A DNA stretch of 64,000 nucleotides from Alphaproteobacteria bacterium (GCA_049602055.1 JBMYRG010000019.1:1076-65075); one strand, 5' to 3'; positions 41,318-51,607 are shown, counted from the first letter of the stretch. Numbers and translations are program-made. The notes: a model not told the origin generated them from the sequence alone.

Positions 41318-42090
41318 GTTTTAAAAATATTGCTGGAAAAATGTCTCGTGAAATCGGCAAAGTTTATCGCAAACTGCTCGCGCCGAAAGGTGTCAGGGAG
41401 TTGCCACCGGAATGGCCGGAAGATTTTTCTGATTTTACCAGGAATTTGTGGCGACAGGTTTCCACCTGCACTATGACGTCGAAGGAACGAGTGGCCTCCC
41501 TTGAGCGCGCTATCCGCTATTTACACGAATATAATATTACGGGTGACTTTGTTGAATGCGGGGTGGCGGCCGGCGGCAGTGTAATGGCCATGGCGATCAC
41601 GCTACAGGAGCTGGGAATAACGGACCGGCGTATCTGGTTGTTTGATACTTTTGAAGGTATGCCGGAGCCAACCGAGCATGACAAAGGGCGGTTCGATACA
41701 CCGGCGTTAAAGCTCTATAACAAGAAGTTCGATCCAGTCGATGGGTGGATTAAGTTCGGCGTTGATGATGTTCGAACGAATGTTCTGACCACGGGGTATC
41801 CCGAACAAAAGTTCGAATTCGTCAAAGGCAAGGTACAGGACACCTTGCCCGATAGAACACCAGAACAGATTGCCATGTTACGGCTTGATACGGATTGGTA
41901 TGAGTCGACAAAGGCTGAAATGGAAAATCTGTTCCCACGCCTTCAGACAGGCGGGCTCATCCTGATTGATGACTATTATCGCTGGAAGGGATCGCGCAAG
42001 GCCGTCGATGAGTACATTGCTGCCAACAACATCCGGATTTTCTGGTCGCGCATCGACGAGAATGCCGTGCTTGGGGTGAAGCAGGGCTAA
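41314..42090 (+). CDS. TylF/MycF family O-methyltransferase
   Basis: GDFVECGV, LFDTFEGMP, LRLDTDWYEST, IDDY. Confidence 0.9.
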   Translation: MSFKNIAGKMSREIGKVYRKLLAPKGVRELPPEWPEDFSDFTRNLWRQVSTCTMTSKERVASLERAIRYLHEYNITGDFVECGVAAGGSVMAMAITLQELGITDRRIWLFDTFEGMPEPTEHDKGRFDTPALKLYNKKFDPVDGWIKFGVDDVRTNVLTTGYPEQKFEFVKGKVQDTLPDRTPEQIAMLRLDTDWYESTKAEMENLFPRLQTGGLILIDDYYRWKGSRKAVDEYIAANNIRIFWSRIDENAVLGVKQG

Positions 42091-42139
42091 ATAGAAATAT
42101 CCCGACCCCGCCAAAAATCGCAGGGCCGGATAAATTAAC

Positions 42140-43170
42140 TTAGAACTTTGCCTTGAGAAGATTCGTACAAACCTTAAACGCGCCGTCGATGTCGCTCTTG
42201 GGCAGGTCCATTACGTCATTGACGACCTGGGTCAGATTTTTGGCGTTCATCGGGTTAAGACGCGATTTCCGTTTTGCAATATCCGCAATGAAAGCCCGGT
42301 CAGCCATTGTCTTGTCGAAGGCTGAGCGCCAGGCCGAGACCAGATGCTTGGGCATGCCGAGCGGTCCTGCCATTGAGCGTCCGATTTCACTGCCAGCGCC
42401 AATAACAGCAAGGAAGGTTTTCTCAGCCTTGTTGCGGCCAAACTCGACGACGGTCGGTGTGTTCAGCAGGTATGACTGACGGGTTGATGCCATCTGGTAA
42501 ACCGGAACCAGTTTGCCGCTCTTGATGTCATCGGCATGCCGAACATTGAGCGTTGTCCAACTCGTTGCGGAAGCATCAAGTTCGCCGCGCTCGAGGGCAA
42601 GGAACGAGGTCTTGGTGCCCCGATAGCCGCTGATGATTTTAAACTTGGTCCCGGCGAACATGTTCATCGCCGCCACACCAATATAGGTGTAATTGCGTCG
42701 TCCGATGGAGCCATAGGTGAACTGCTTCGCCTTGGCATCCTTCCAGCTTTTAAAGCCAGAGCGCTTGTGCGCCATACCAACGGTATTGGCGTCGGCAAAG
42801 CGGCCGATATATTGATAGTTTTTGGCGTTAAATATGACCTTTTGGTTAAACAGGGTTTCCTGCACGACGCTGATCTGCAGGATCGAAACCAGGCTGCCAT
42901 CCTGCGCTCCAGCATTTGTGGTGTAGTTCACCGCCTTGTGACCACCACTGCCGGGCATCGACTGAACAACAACAGTAGGGCCACCGGATAGATGTCTATC
43001 GACATGGCGGGACAGAAGCTGGGCATAAGGCGATAGGCACCACCCATACTGCCGCCGATGACGATTTTGACTGTTTTACCCTTATAAAAATCCGATACCG
43101 CGTCGGCGATTGCCGATAGCGGCATTAGCATCGCCCCAAAAATGGCGAGACCAGCTATCTTATATTTTAT
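42140..43170 (-). pseudogene. Tripartite tricarboxylate transporter binding protein (TctC/Bug), disrupted
   Basis: GGAGG RBS followed by ATA instead of ATG at 43170; FYKGKTV; 1-nt frameshift at ~43028 (YAQLLSRH..MPGSGG); GYRGT..ERGELD. Confidence 0.85.
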
Positions 43171-43518
43171 GAGTTGTCCTCCCTGATGGTGTGTTTGGTA
43201 AGTTATTATATAAAACCATAAATATAGTAGGGGTAATGGTCAAACCAATGGGTTACGTTGGTCGATGGGACGGGATTGGAGAGACGCTACGACAGGCGGT
43301 AAGCACTTGGTTTGAAGGAAGACCTAAAGACATTCGTACGTTTGCGAAAACGGTATCTAGCACCACTTTATGCATGAACGATCAGCTTAATACGAATTCT
43401 GAATGTTTGGAACCAGTGTCAGAATTTGGAAGTATGCCTATAACGTCATTTATGATGGCTGCACTTTGCCGATCCGGTAGTTTTTGATAGTTTCGTCGCG
43501 AATGATGAGGAGCCAGTA

Positions 43519-44343
43519 ATGCCAAGAGTGCTGACCGATGCCCAGCTTAAGGCCTATCAACAGGATGGATTTGTTTCCCCGCTGGACTGCATTTCCGCAG
43601 CGGAAGCGACACGCTATTTCCAAATCATCGAGGATTACGAAAAGACCCATAATGAGGATGTCAGCGTAAATATTCGCGTTCGCGCGGTGCTGGCCTTTAA
43701 ATGGATGATTGATCTGGCGCGGCATCCGCAAATTGCCGGCGCGCTGCAGGATGCTATCGGTCCCAACGTCATGCTGTTCCTGTCAGGCGTATGGTCAAAG
43801 CGACCGGGCACGGACACGTTTGTCTCGTGGCATCAGGATGGTGCCTATAACCCGTTTGACCGTAATACGGGCGGGACCGCGTGGATCGGGTTGACCGACT
43901 CGACTCCGGAAAAAGGCAATATCCGCTGTATTCCCGGTAGTCACCGCGAGGTCATTCCACATGAAGAACGCTTTGACGAAGATAATATCCTATCGCGAGG
44001 GCAGAGCGTGCCGGAGGTTGATGAAAGTGTTGCGGTTGATATGCCCCTGAAGGCAGGGCAGTTTTCCCTTCACCATGAATTGCTGGTGCATGGCTCGGCT
44101 CCCAATACGACGGACAGTCGACGGCTTGGAATATCTTTTGCCTGTGTGCCGGCTGAGGCCAAGCCGCTCTCCGGTCCCAATACAGGGGTGCTGATTGCCG
44201 GTGAAAATTCCCCGGGCCATTGGGTGCTCAATAAGGAACCGGCTTTTGATCTCGATCCGGTTGGGCTGGCAGAACTCAAAGCTGTGCAGGATGCCTACCG
44301 TGACCCCGAGTCCACGAAGCTGATTACCGAAGTTCTCGGTTAG
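43519..44343 (+). CDS. Phytanoyl-CoA dioxygenase (PhyH) family 2OG/Fe oxygenase
   Basis: YQQDGF, WHQD, IPGSH, VHGSAPNTTDSRR. Confidence 0.9.
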   Translation: MPRVLTDAQLKAYQQDGFVSPLDCISAAEATRYFQIIEDYEKTHNEDVSVNIRVRAVLAFKWMIDLARHPQIAGALQDAIGPNVMLFLSGVWSKRPGTDTFVSWHQDGAYNPFDRNTGGTAWIGLTDSTPEKGNIRCIPGSHREVIPHEERFDEDNILSRGQSVPEVDESVAVDMPLKAGQFSLHHELLVHGSAPNTTDSRRLGISFACVPAEAKPLSGPNTGVLIAGENSPGHWVLNKEPAFDLDPVGLAELKAVQDAYRDPESTKLITEVLG

Positions 44344-44536
44344 GAAACAAACTCCGCCTTATTGTGGACACATAGTCGTCCTAATGTGCTTCTACTGCAC
44401 GTGGGATGCGAGGTGGGGAAATTCTTAACAACAAGTTTATTTCTTTAACGAGAGTCACATGCTCGCGAAATCGTGAGCATGTGACGTGTTCATTCAAAAA
44501 GGCGAGATCGGCTAACGGGTATTACGGGTTTATTTC

Positions 44537-45034
44537 ATGAGTTTTTAAAAAAATACGACTGTTCTTATTTTTGGTTTGTCTTTGCTCGTCTGGGGCGTCA
44601 GCCTGACGACGCTTGCCGCTCAGTCATCGGGTTCGTCAGTTCAGATTAAGCTGGACGATGTTTTGGTAAAAGCCGCGTCGAGTTTTGGTCTAAATGTTCG
44701 CGACTTTTTTACGGTTTGTATCGGCAAACAGAAAATTTGCTCAAAGGACGGAAAAATCATAAGCGCCTATACTGGTGACTTTGGTAATATTCGCGTCGCG
44801 GGCGGGCCGAAGGTTCCGACATACGGTAATATGCTATTTATTCGCGGTAATTTGACGCCGGAACCGAAAGGGGTTTTCAAACTTCTAGTCGGGTCAAAGT
44901 TTACCGATGGCATTCTCAGCCATGTTCCCCGAATGAATGGCGACGTTTTGCTGGGATCCAAGCTACTCGGAAAACTGAGGAGAGCAGTAACCGAAAAATA
45001 TGCGGGGAGAATCGTTGTTGATGGGGGCGTTTAG
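44537..45034 (+). pseudogene. Probable remnant of a secreted protein
   Basis: ATG 44537 is in frame with ORF 44576 but interrupted by TAA at codon 4; signal-peptide-like N-terminus; ends abutting a convergent gene. Confidence 0.45.
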
Positions 45035-45453
45035 CTCTTGTCGCCGGAATAGGCGTACATATCGACGAGCTCTATCACATTGCCATCAGGGTCGGGGATA
45101 TAGACGCTGCGCCCTGTGACGACGGCGCGTTTCTTGCGCTCATCTTCGAGCAGAATTTCGATGCCCTTGTCCTTCAGCTCCTGAACACAGCCCTCAAACT
45201 TGTCGGCATCGACATGAAACGCATGATGCGCATCGCGTTGGCGCACCGGCGCGATGGTCGTATCGGTCTTCATAAGAACAATGCAGTCGCCTGCGGAATC
45301 TAGAAACACCATGCCACGGTCATGATTGGCATTGAGCAGCCGAAGCCCCAGCACATCGGTATAGAACTCGGTGCTTTTTCTGGTGTCTGTCACCGCGATG
45401 GTGAAATGGCATACGCCCTTTGTCTCGATCATGTGCAGCCTCCCGCTTGGCAA
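45031..45453 (-). CDS. VOC/glyoxalase family protein
   Basis: HFTIAV..FYTDVLG, HHAF, DPDGNVIEL. Confidence 0.9.
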   Translation of the reverse strand: MPSGRLHMIETKGVCHFTIAVTDTRKSTEFYTDVLGLRLLNANHDRGMVFLDSAGDCIVLMKTDTTIAPVRQRDAHHAFHVDADKFEGCVQELKDKGIEILLEDERKKRAVVTGRSVYIPDPDGNVIELVDMYAYSGDKS

Positions 45454-45506
45454 TAATTATTGCCGAGAGTTTAGGGGCGGGAGAAGAGAGTGTCTATTGG
45501 CGCTCG

Positions 45507-46004
45507 CTACTCTTCCCATTCGGGAAGGGTCGGGTCCCCTGCGCTGGATGGCGGGCCATCCATATCGAGGATACTGTCATCATGCAGTGGCTCGTTGAGC
45601 TGTTGGAGCAGGGAGAGCCGATCGCCGAGCTCCCAGACATGGCTGATCAGATCGGCGCGAAAGATGAAAATCCCGACCCCGACATATTGCACCGGCTGAC
45701 CCACTGGCTCGACACCAAAAATTTCTCCGTCATGGGTACCGCGATAGGTGAGGCAGGCTGCGACCTTCTGCTCTTCGGCAACCATGTCCTCGACAGAATT
45801 GCGGAAGTCGGGGAAAACATCATGAAGCTGTTTTACATAGGTCGTAAGGCCTTCGATTCCCTTGGTTTGCGTGCCAAGAGCACCGTGGAAGGTGACATCG
45901 AGTGTCACGATCTCTTCGGCGATGTCGAAATCCAGCTCGTTCCAGAATTCATGATAAAAACGATTGACCAGCAGCCGATTGGCTTCGATTTGTTGTTCTG
46001 ACAT
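45507..46004 (-). CDS. SnoaL-like ester cyclase
   Basis: FPDF..VEDMVAE..V, GTHDG, D.LSLLQQL. Confidence 0.85.
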   Translation of the reverse strand: MSEQQIEANRLLVNRFYHEFWNELDFDIAEEIVTLDVTFHGALGTQTKGIEGLTTYVKQLHDVFPDFRNSVEDMVAEEQKVAACLTYRGTHDGEIFGVEPVGQPVQYVGVGIFIFRADLISHVWELGDRLSLLQQLNEPLHDDSILDMDGPPSSAGDPTLPEWEE

Positions 46005-46130
46005 TGGTAAAACTCTTATCCCACCCTAAAAATACGCTGTTTAATCGCAGTTTGTCCGCGTCGCGGTTTGGTTTATCATAAAACCAACCAACGCGGCCAA
46101 TTCAATGGCCGCCTTATCCGGAGGCAGATC

Positions 46131-47351
46131 ATGGATAGCGGAGTCGAACAAACCCGGGAACTTCCCCAGGAAATAGATACCAAGACCGATACACGCGATA
46201 TTCTGGCGCGCGAGACCCGATACCAGAAAGAAAAAGGCTTTAACGACTGGACCATTGTCGATGTTGACGCCCATCACTCAGAGATGAGTTCGTGGCGCGA
46301 AGTTGTCGAATATCTCGATGATCCGATCCTCAAACATTATGCCAATGAGTTTCAGGCCCGCACCGGGGGCGCACCAGGTCTATCCAATCATATGCCGGGT
46401 CTACGCTATCAGGATGCTGGTGGCCGTATTCCGCATCAAACCCATATTGGTGAGGCGGTTGATGACAGCCAGCACCACCGCGATGTAACACTGATCCGCC
46501 GTTCGATGGATGCGATGGGGCTGGATCATCAGATCCTGTTCCCCGGCAATCTGCTGCAGTTGGGTACCCATCCGCAGCCCCGCGTCGAGGCGCATCTGGC
46601 GCTGGCCTATAACCGCTGGGTCTGTGAACGCATTCTGCCGGTCGATGACCGGGTGAAGACGCTGCTCTATTTACCGATCTCCGAGCCGGATATGTGTCTC
46701 AAGATCATCAAGGAGTTTGGTGACAATCCGAACGTCTCGGGTTTCATGATCACATCGGTCCGTTTCAAGCCGGTGCATCATAACCAGTTCATCCCGATCT
46801 ATCGTGAGCTTGAGGAACGCGGCCTGCCGTTGGCTTTCCACGCTGGGCTCACCTGGGGCGACGACTGGATGAAGCAGCTCGATCTGTTTATCTCGATGCA
46901 TGCGATCTCGTTTGTGCTGTGTAACATCGTGCATATGACTAACTGGATCATTCACGGCATGCAGGAGCGTTTCCCGAAACTCGATGTGATCTGGATCGAA
47001 TCCGGCCTCGCCTGGCTGGCCTTCCTGATGCAGCGTCTTGATTCGGAATATCTGATGCGTCCGTCAGAAGCGCCATTGCTCAAGAAGCTGCCGAGCGAGT
47101 ATATGGCTGATATGTATTATACCTGTCAGCCGATTGAGACCTCAAACATGGCGCTAACGGAGGAAACCTTTAAGGCGGTGAAGGCGGAAACCCAGCTGCT
47201 TTATGCCTCGGATTGGCCGCACTGGGATTTCAATCCGCCGAGCACAATTTATGATCTGCCCTTCCTCGATGAGAAGGCCAAGCGTAATATACTGGGAGAG
47301 AATGCCGTGCGGTTGTTTGGTATCGACACCAAGAAACCCAAGACGGCGTAA
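46131..47351 (+). CDS. Amidohydrolase-2 family protein (possible dinuclear oxygenase)
   Basis: DVDAHH, AYNRW, AFHAG, ERFPKL..IESG, YASDWPHWD. Confidence 0.85.
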   Translation: MDSGVEQTRELPQEIDTKTDTRDILARETRYQKEKGFNDWTIVDVDAHHSEMSSWREVVEYLDDPILKHYANEFQARTGGAPGLSNHMPGLRYQDAGGRIPHQTHIGEAVDDSQHHRDVTLIRRSMDAMGLDHQILFPGNLLQLGTHPQPRVEAHLALAYNRWVCERILPVDDRVKTLLYLPISEPDMCLKIIKEFGDNPNVSGFMITSVRFKPVHHNQFIPIYRELEERGLPLAFHAGLTWGDDWMKQLDLFISMHAISFVLCNIVHMTNWIIHGMQERFPKLDVIWIESGLAWLAFLMQRLDSEYLMRPSEAPLLKKLPSEYMADMYYTCQPIETSNMALTEETFKAVKAETQLLYASDWPHWDFNPPSTIYDLPFLDEKAKRNILGENAVRLFGIDTKKPKTA

Positions 47352-47362
47352 GGGAGAAGAAA

Positions 47363-47728
47363 ATGGCTGAGTTGTATGTGGGCCGCGAAGATGAATTTGA
47401 GGATCGCGGTCGCAAGGTTATCGCGCATGGTGATCTTGAGATTGGGGTGTTTTTCGTTGATGGCGGCTTCTACGCCTATGAGAACAAGTGTGTTCATCAG
47501 GGGGGGCCGGTTTGCCAGGGCCGTATCCTGAACCGGGTTGTCGAGTTGATTTCGGATGACAAGACCAGTCAGGGGCTGGCCTGGTCAGAGGATGACGTGC
47601 ATATCGTCTGCCCGTGGCATGGCTATGAGTTCAACCTCAAGACGGGCGTTCATCCCGGTTATAAAAATGCACGGCTTCGCCCGTTCGACGTAAAGGTCAA
47701 GGACGGAGAAGTCTATGTCGTCACCTGA
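47363..47728 (+). CDS. Rieske [2Fe-2S] ferredoxin
   Basis: CVHQGGP...CPWHG. Confidence 0.9.
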   Translation: MAELYVGREDEFEDRGRKVIAHGDLEIGVFFVDGGFYAYENKCVHQGGPVCQGRILNRVVELISDDKTSQGLAWSEDDVHIVCPWHGYEFNLKTGVHPGYKNARLRPFDVKVKDGEVYVVT

Positions 47729-48014
47729 TGACATCGTCGACCCGGCGAACGCGGCGTTTGACGCGGCTGTAAAAGCCCTCGCAGAGGGCAATACAGAGAA
47801 TATTCCGGCGGAAACTGTCCAGAAGCTGCTGACGGCGGGGGCCAAACTCTATTGCCGCAAGCTGACGGAAGAAGATGATTATTTTCCGCCTTTCCGTCCG
47901 GAGGATGTCGTCACCGCAACAGACTCTGTCGTCGCTATCGCCGAGATGATGCGGGCCGCCGATCTCAATACGTTTGACCTCGCCATGTGGATGTCCCGTC
48001 CGCATTCGGAGTGA
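47715..48014 (+). CDS. Small hypothetical protein of the amidohydrolase-Rieske cassette
   Basis: Overlaps the Rieske gene stop; coding-like composition; AADLNTFDLAMW. Confidence 0.7.
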   Translation: MSSPDDIVDPANAAFDAAVKALAEGNTENIPAETVQKLLTAGAKLYCRKLTEEDDYFPPFRPEDVVTATDSVVAIAEMMRAADLNTFDLAMWMSRPHSE

Positions 48015-48102
48015 GGCGGTAAGCCGCTGAGGCTTGTCTGGCAGCACCAATTCCGTATGATCCCGGCAACCGTTTTGACTAAAAATATTTGAAGGATCGG
48101 AC

Positions 48103-49326
48103 ATGTCCAGCTCTGCTGCCGCGACCGCCAGTGATGGCCCAAAACTCAAGAAATGGGCCAAATTTAACTGGGAAGACCCGCTGCTGTTTGAAAACCAGCT
48201 GACCGAAGAAGAAAAGCTGGTCCGCGACACAGCCCGGCAATACGCCCAGGAAAAACTGATGCCGCGTATTCTCGATGCGAACCGGAATGAGACGTTTGAC
48301 CGCGATATCATGAATGAGATGGGTGAGCTTGGCTTGCTCGGCTCAACGCTTGACCCTGAATATGGCTGTTCCGGCGTCAACTATGTCTGTTACGGGCTGG
48401 TGGCACGCGAGATCGAACGCGTTGACTCAGCCTATCGGTCGACCCTGTCGGTACAAAGCAGCCTGGTGATGTGGCCGATCTATGCCTATGGCACGGAAGA
48501 GCAGCGTCAGAAATATCTGCCCAAGCTGGCGACCGGTGAGTATGTCGGTTGTTTCGGTCTGACCGAGCCCGATCATGGCTCTGATCCCGGTGGCATGATT
48601 ACCCGCGCCAAGTCAGTTGATGGCGGCTATCAGATGAAGGGCGCAAAAATGTGGATTTCCAACGCCCCGATCGCTGACGTGTTTGTCGTCTGGGCCAAGG
48701 ATGATGATGGCGTGATCGGTGGCTTTATCCTCGAAAAAGGCATGAAGGGTCTCAGCGCGCCAAAGATCGAAGGCAAGTTCTCGCTGCGGGCATCTCTGAC
48801 CGGTGAAGTCGTCATGGATGATGTATTCGTGCCGGAAGAAAACCGGTTGCCGGGAGCGCGTGGTCTCGGTGGTCCGTTTGGGTGTCTCAACAATGCCCGC
48901 TATGGCATCGCCTGGGGTGTGCTGGGGGCGGCAGAATTCTGCTGGCATGGCTCACGTGATTATACGATGGAACGAACCCAGTTCGGACGTCCCCTGGCGG
49001 CAAACCAGCTGGTGCAGAAGAAGCTGGCAGATATGCAGACGGACATCACGGTTGCTCTGCAATCCTGCTTGCAGCTTGGCCGTTTGATGGATGAGGGTAA
49101 TTGCGCACCGGAAGCCATTTCATTGATGAAACGTCATTGCACTGGCAAAGCGCTTGATATCGCGCGGGTCGCGCGGGATATGCATGGCGGTAACGGGATC
49201 GTCGATGAATATCACATCATTCGTCATGTGATGAATCTGGAGACCGTCATCACCTATGAGGGCACGCACGATATTCACGCGCTGATCCTCGGTCGGGCGC
49301 AGACCGGTATTCAGGCGTTTACATAA
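48103..49326 (+). CDS. gcdH: Glutaryl-CoA dehydrogenase
   Basis: [51 protein letters not shown]. Confidence 0.93.
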   Translation: MSSSAAATASDGPKLKKWAKFNWEDPLLFENQLTEEEKLVRDTARQYAQEKLMPRILDANRNETFDRDIMNEMGELGLLGSTLDPEYGCSGVNYVCYGLVAREIERVDSAYRSTLSVQSSLVMWPIYAYGTEEQRQKYLPKLATGEYVGCFGLTEPDHGSDPGGMITRAKSVDGGYQMKGAKMWISNAPIADVFVVWAKDDDGVIGGFILEKGMKGLSAPKIEGKFSLRASLTGEVVMDDVFVPEENRLPGARGLGGPFGCLNNARYGIAWGVLGAAEFCWHGSRDYTMERTQFGRPLAANQLVQKKLADMQTDITVALQSCLQLGRLMDEGNCAPEAISLMKRHCTGKALDIARVARDMHGGNGIVDEYHIIRHVMNLETVITYEGTHDIHALILGRAQTGIQAFT

Positions 49327-49405
49327 CACATCACCAGGCTGTTCCTTCACCTGGCTCCAAAAGGGGCAAGGGACGGAGGCAGGTTGTTTACAGAACGAAA
49401 CGATT

Positions 49406-50635
49406 ATGACTAAACCGCTATCCCATGTTCGTGTGCTCGATATGAGCCGTATTCTCGCTGGTCCGTGGGCAGCGCAAACGCTTGCGGATCTCGGCGCTGA
49501 AGTGATCAAGATTGAGCGTCCGGGTACCGGCGATGACACCCGCACCTGGGGGCCTCCCTTCATTAAAGACAAAGACGGGAATGAAACCCAGGAATCGGCG
49601 TATTTCCTGTCGACCAATCGTGGCAAGAAATCAGTGGCGCTGGATATCTCCAAACCGGAAGGTCAGGAGGTTCTCAAAAAACTCGCTGCCAAATCCGATA
49701 TTCTGATTGAGAATTACAAAGTTGGCGGGTTGGCCGCCTATGGGCTTGGTTATGAAGACCTCAAGAAAATCAATCCCGGGCTGATCTATTGTTCGATTAC
49801 CGGGTTTGGTCAGACAGGGCCTTTCAGTACACGCGCCGGCTATGACTTCCTTATTCAGGCAATGGGCGGGCTGATGAGCGTTACTGGCGAGCCGGATGGC
49901 AAGCCGGGTGCCGGGCCGCAAAAGGTCGGGGTGGCTCTGACGGATATTCTGACCGGGCTCTACACCAATATTGCGGCGCTCGGCGCTCTGGCGCAGCGTG
50001 AAAAGACGGGTGAGGGATGTCACGTCGATATGGCCCTGCTTGATGTTACAACAGCGACCATGGCTAATCAGGCGCTCAATTTTCTGGTGACCGGCAATGC
50101 GCCAACCCGTATGGGCAATGCGCATCCCAATATTGTGCCATACGAGGCCTTTGAAGCGTCGGATATGTATTTGATTGTTGCGGTTGGCAATGACGGCCAG
50201 TTTGCCCGCTACGTCGAGGCCGCCGGTCAGCCCGAATTGGCGACCGATGAACGGTTTGCGACCAACGCGGCACGGGTCGAAAATCGCGATGTTCTGATTC
50301 CGATCATCAAGGACTTCATGAAGCAGAAGACTGGGCAGGAATGGATCGACGCGCTGGAAAAAGTCGGGGTGCCCTGCGGTCCGTTGAATAATATGGAACA
50401 GGTCTTCGCACATCCGCAAGTTCAGGCACGCGGCATGCAGATGGAACTCGATCATCCGCTTGCGGGGTCTGTGCCGCAGGTCGCCAGCCCGATCAAATAT
50501 ACCGGCGAAGAGCTGGAATATCAGGGCGCGCCGCCGACATTGGGACAGCATTCAGATTATGTGTTGAGTGATGTGCTGGATATGTCGGCAGATGAGATCG
50601 CAACGTTACGTGATGCGGGGGTGTTGGGGCGTTAA
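49406..50635 (+). CDS. CaiB/BaiF class III CoA-transferase (probably succinyl-CoA:glutarate)
   Basis: DMSRILAGP, GDDTRTWGPP, NRGKKS, RAGYD; adjacent to gcdH. Confidence 0.9.
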   Translation: MTKPLSHVRVLDMSRILAGPWAAQTLADLGAEVIKIERPGTGDDTRTWGPPFIKDKDGNETQESAYFLSTNRGKKSVALDISKPEGQEVLKKLAAKSDILIENYKVGGLAAYGLGYEDLKKINPGLIYCSITGFGQTGPFSTRAGYDFLIQAMGGLMSVTGEPDGKPGAGPQKVGVALTDILTGLYTNIAALGALAQREKTGEGCHVDMALLDVTTATMANQALNFLVTGNAPTRMGNAHPNIVPYEAFEASDMYLIVAVGNDGQFARYVEAAGQPELATDERFATNAARVENRDVLIPIIKDFMKQKTGQEWIDALEKVGVPCGPLNNMEQVFAHPQVQARGMQMELDHPLAGSVPQVASPIKYTGEELEYQGAPPTLGQHSDYVLSDVLDMSADEIATLRDAGVLGR

Positions 50636-50644
50636 ATTGTCTGG

Positions 50645-51574
50645 ATGTCAAATCGGAGGCTTGGTTTGATTCTGAGGTTGGTTTCGATTTTTATTTTGAT
50701 GGCGATGGCTACACCGCTGTTATCGGTGGTCGTCCAGGCTCAGCCTGCCCCCGGAAATTCGCCTGCAAAGCGTATGAGCATTGTTCCGACCGTCGAAGAG
50801 ATGCGGCAGTTCCAAAGAGAGGAGCTCAAAAAGAAGCAGGAGGCTTTTCAAAAGACGCTAAAGGCAGAGTTTGGTCAGGGGAGGCCGAAAGATGCCAGTA
50901 AGTCGGTCATTTATGTATCTGACAAGAAAACCTGGTTTGAAGCCGAGGAGCATTGTCAGTCAGTCCATGGTACAAACCTGGTGTCGGTCACATCAGCTGA
51001 TTTCAATACTTCGCTTGGTCAGGCGGTTAAATCAATGGCCAGTAATCCGAAGGCGCGGGTCTGGGTCGGTCTCCGGCGGCCTTCATCATATTTTGTCTGG
51101 TCGGACACAACGCCCTATTATTTTGAAAATTGGGGCTTCTTTACCCCGTGGAAGAAAGATGAATGGAAGAACTGTGTGTCGGCACGGGGCGTTCGTGATC
51201 ATCGTGGCGAAGCAAATTTCAACTGGGTAACAGAGGATTGTTGGGAAAAGCGCAGCTTCGCCTGTTGGAAAAAGGACAGCAAGCCCACTAGATTTTCCGT
51301 GGCATCAGTGCCCGCTCGGCCGAGAAAACCGGAAACGCTGATCCCTGATTGCCCGCTAATGGCATCACGACGGGAAACCGCCAGCGGGGCACGAAATTGG
51401 TGTGATGCTAATGCCCGGTGCGTCGGCTATCGGATACATTCTGTTTATAAGCAGATCAAAATGGCCGATAAGCGATCTTTTGTCCGATTCTATCAGGATG
51501 GCACTGAATGTGCTCAGAATCGCCTGGATAGGGCTAAACGCCAGAATTTTATTTTTATCACGAAAAACAAATAG
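50645..51574 (+). CDS. Secreted C-type lectin domain protein
   Basis: Signal peptide; TWFEAEEHC..LVSV, VWVGL, FVWSD, NCV, W..EDC..RSFAC. Confidence 0.75.
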   Translation: MSNRRLGLILRLVSIFILMAMATPLLSVVVQAQPAPGNSPAKRMSIVPTVEEMRQFQREELKKKQEAFQKTLKAEFGQGRPKDASKSVIYVSDKKTWFEAEEHCQSVHGTNLVSVTSADFNTSLGQAVKSMASNPKARVWVGLRRPSSYFVWSDTTPYYFENWGFFTPWKKDEWKNCVSARGVRDHRGEANFNWVTEDCWEKRSFACWKKDSKPTRFSVASVPARPRKPETLIPDCPLMASRRETASGARNWCDANARCVGYRIHSVYKQIKMADKRSFVRFYQDGTECAQNRLDRAKRQNFIFITKNK

Positions 51575-51591
51575 CGACAAATTCGGGTTTT

Positions 51592-51607
51592 TTAACCCGG
51601 TTTTAAC
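51592..51607. promoter_or_regulatory. CtrA binding box
   Basis: TTAA-CCCGGTT-TTAAC (TTAA-N7-TTAAC) upstream of the Hpt gene. Confidence 0.7.

Noticed and set aside
43191-43487. 98-aa ORF in an AT-rich gap
   Set aside because: No RBS, no motif and atypical composition; probably non-coding
46131-47351. Amidohydrolase as the missing enamidase
   Set aside because: It is the amidohydrolase-2 type (SDWPHWD) linked to a Rieske protein and lacks the N-terminal beta-sandwich expected for enamidase
48015-48102. NicR-like box upstream of gcdH; also looked upstream of the UbiD array and the CoA ligase
   Set aside because: No GTACAC-centred palindrome found by eye
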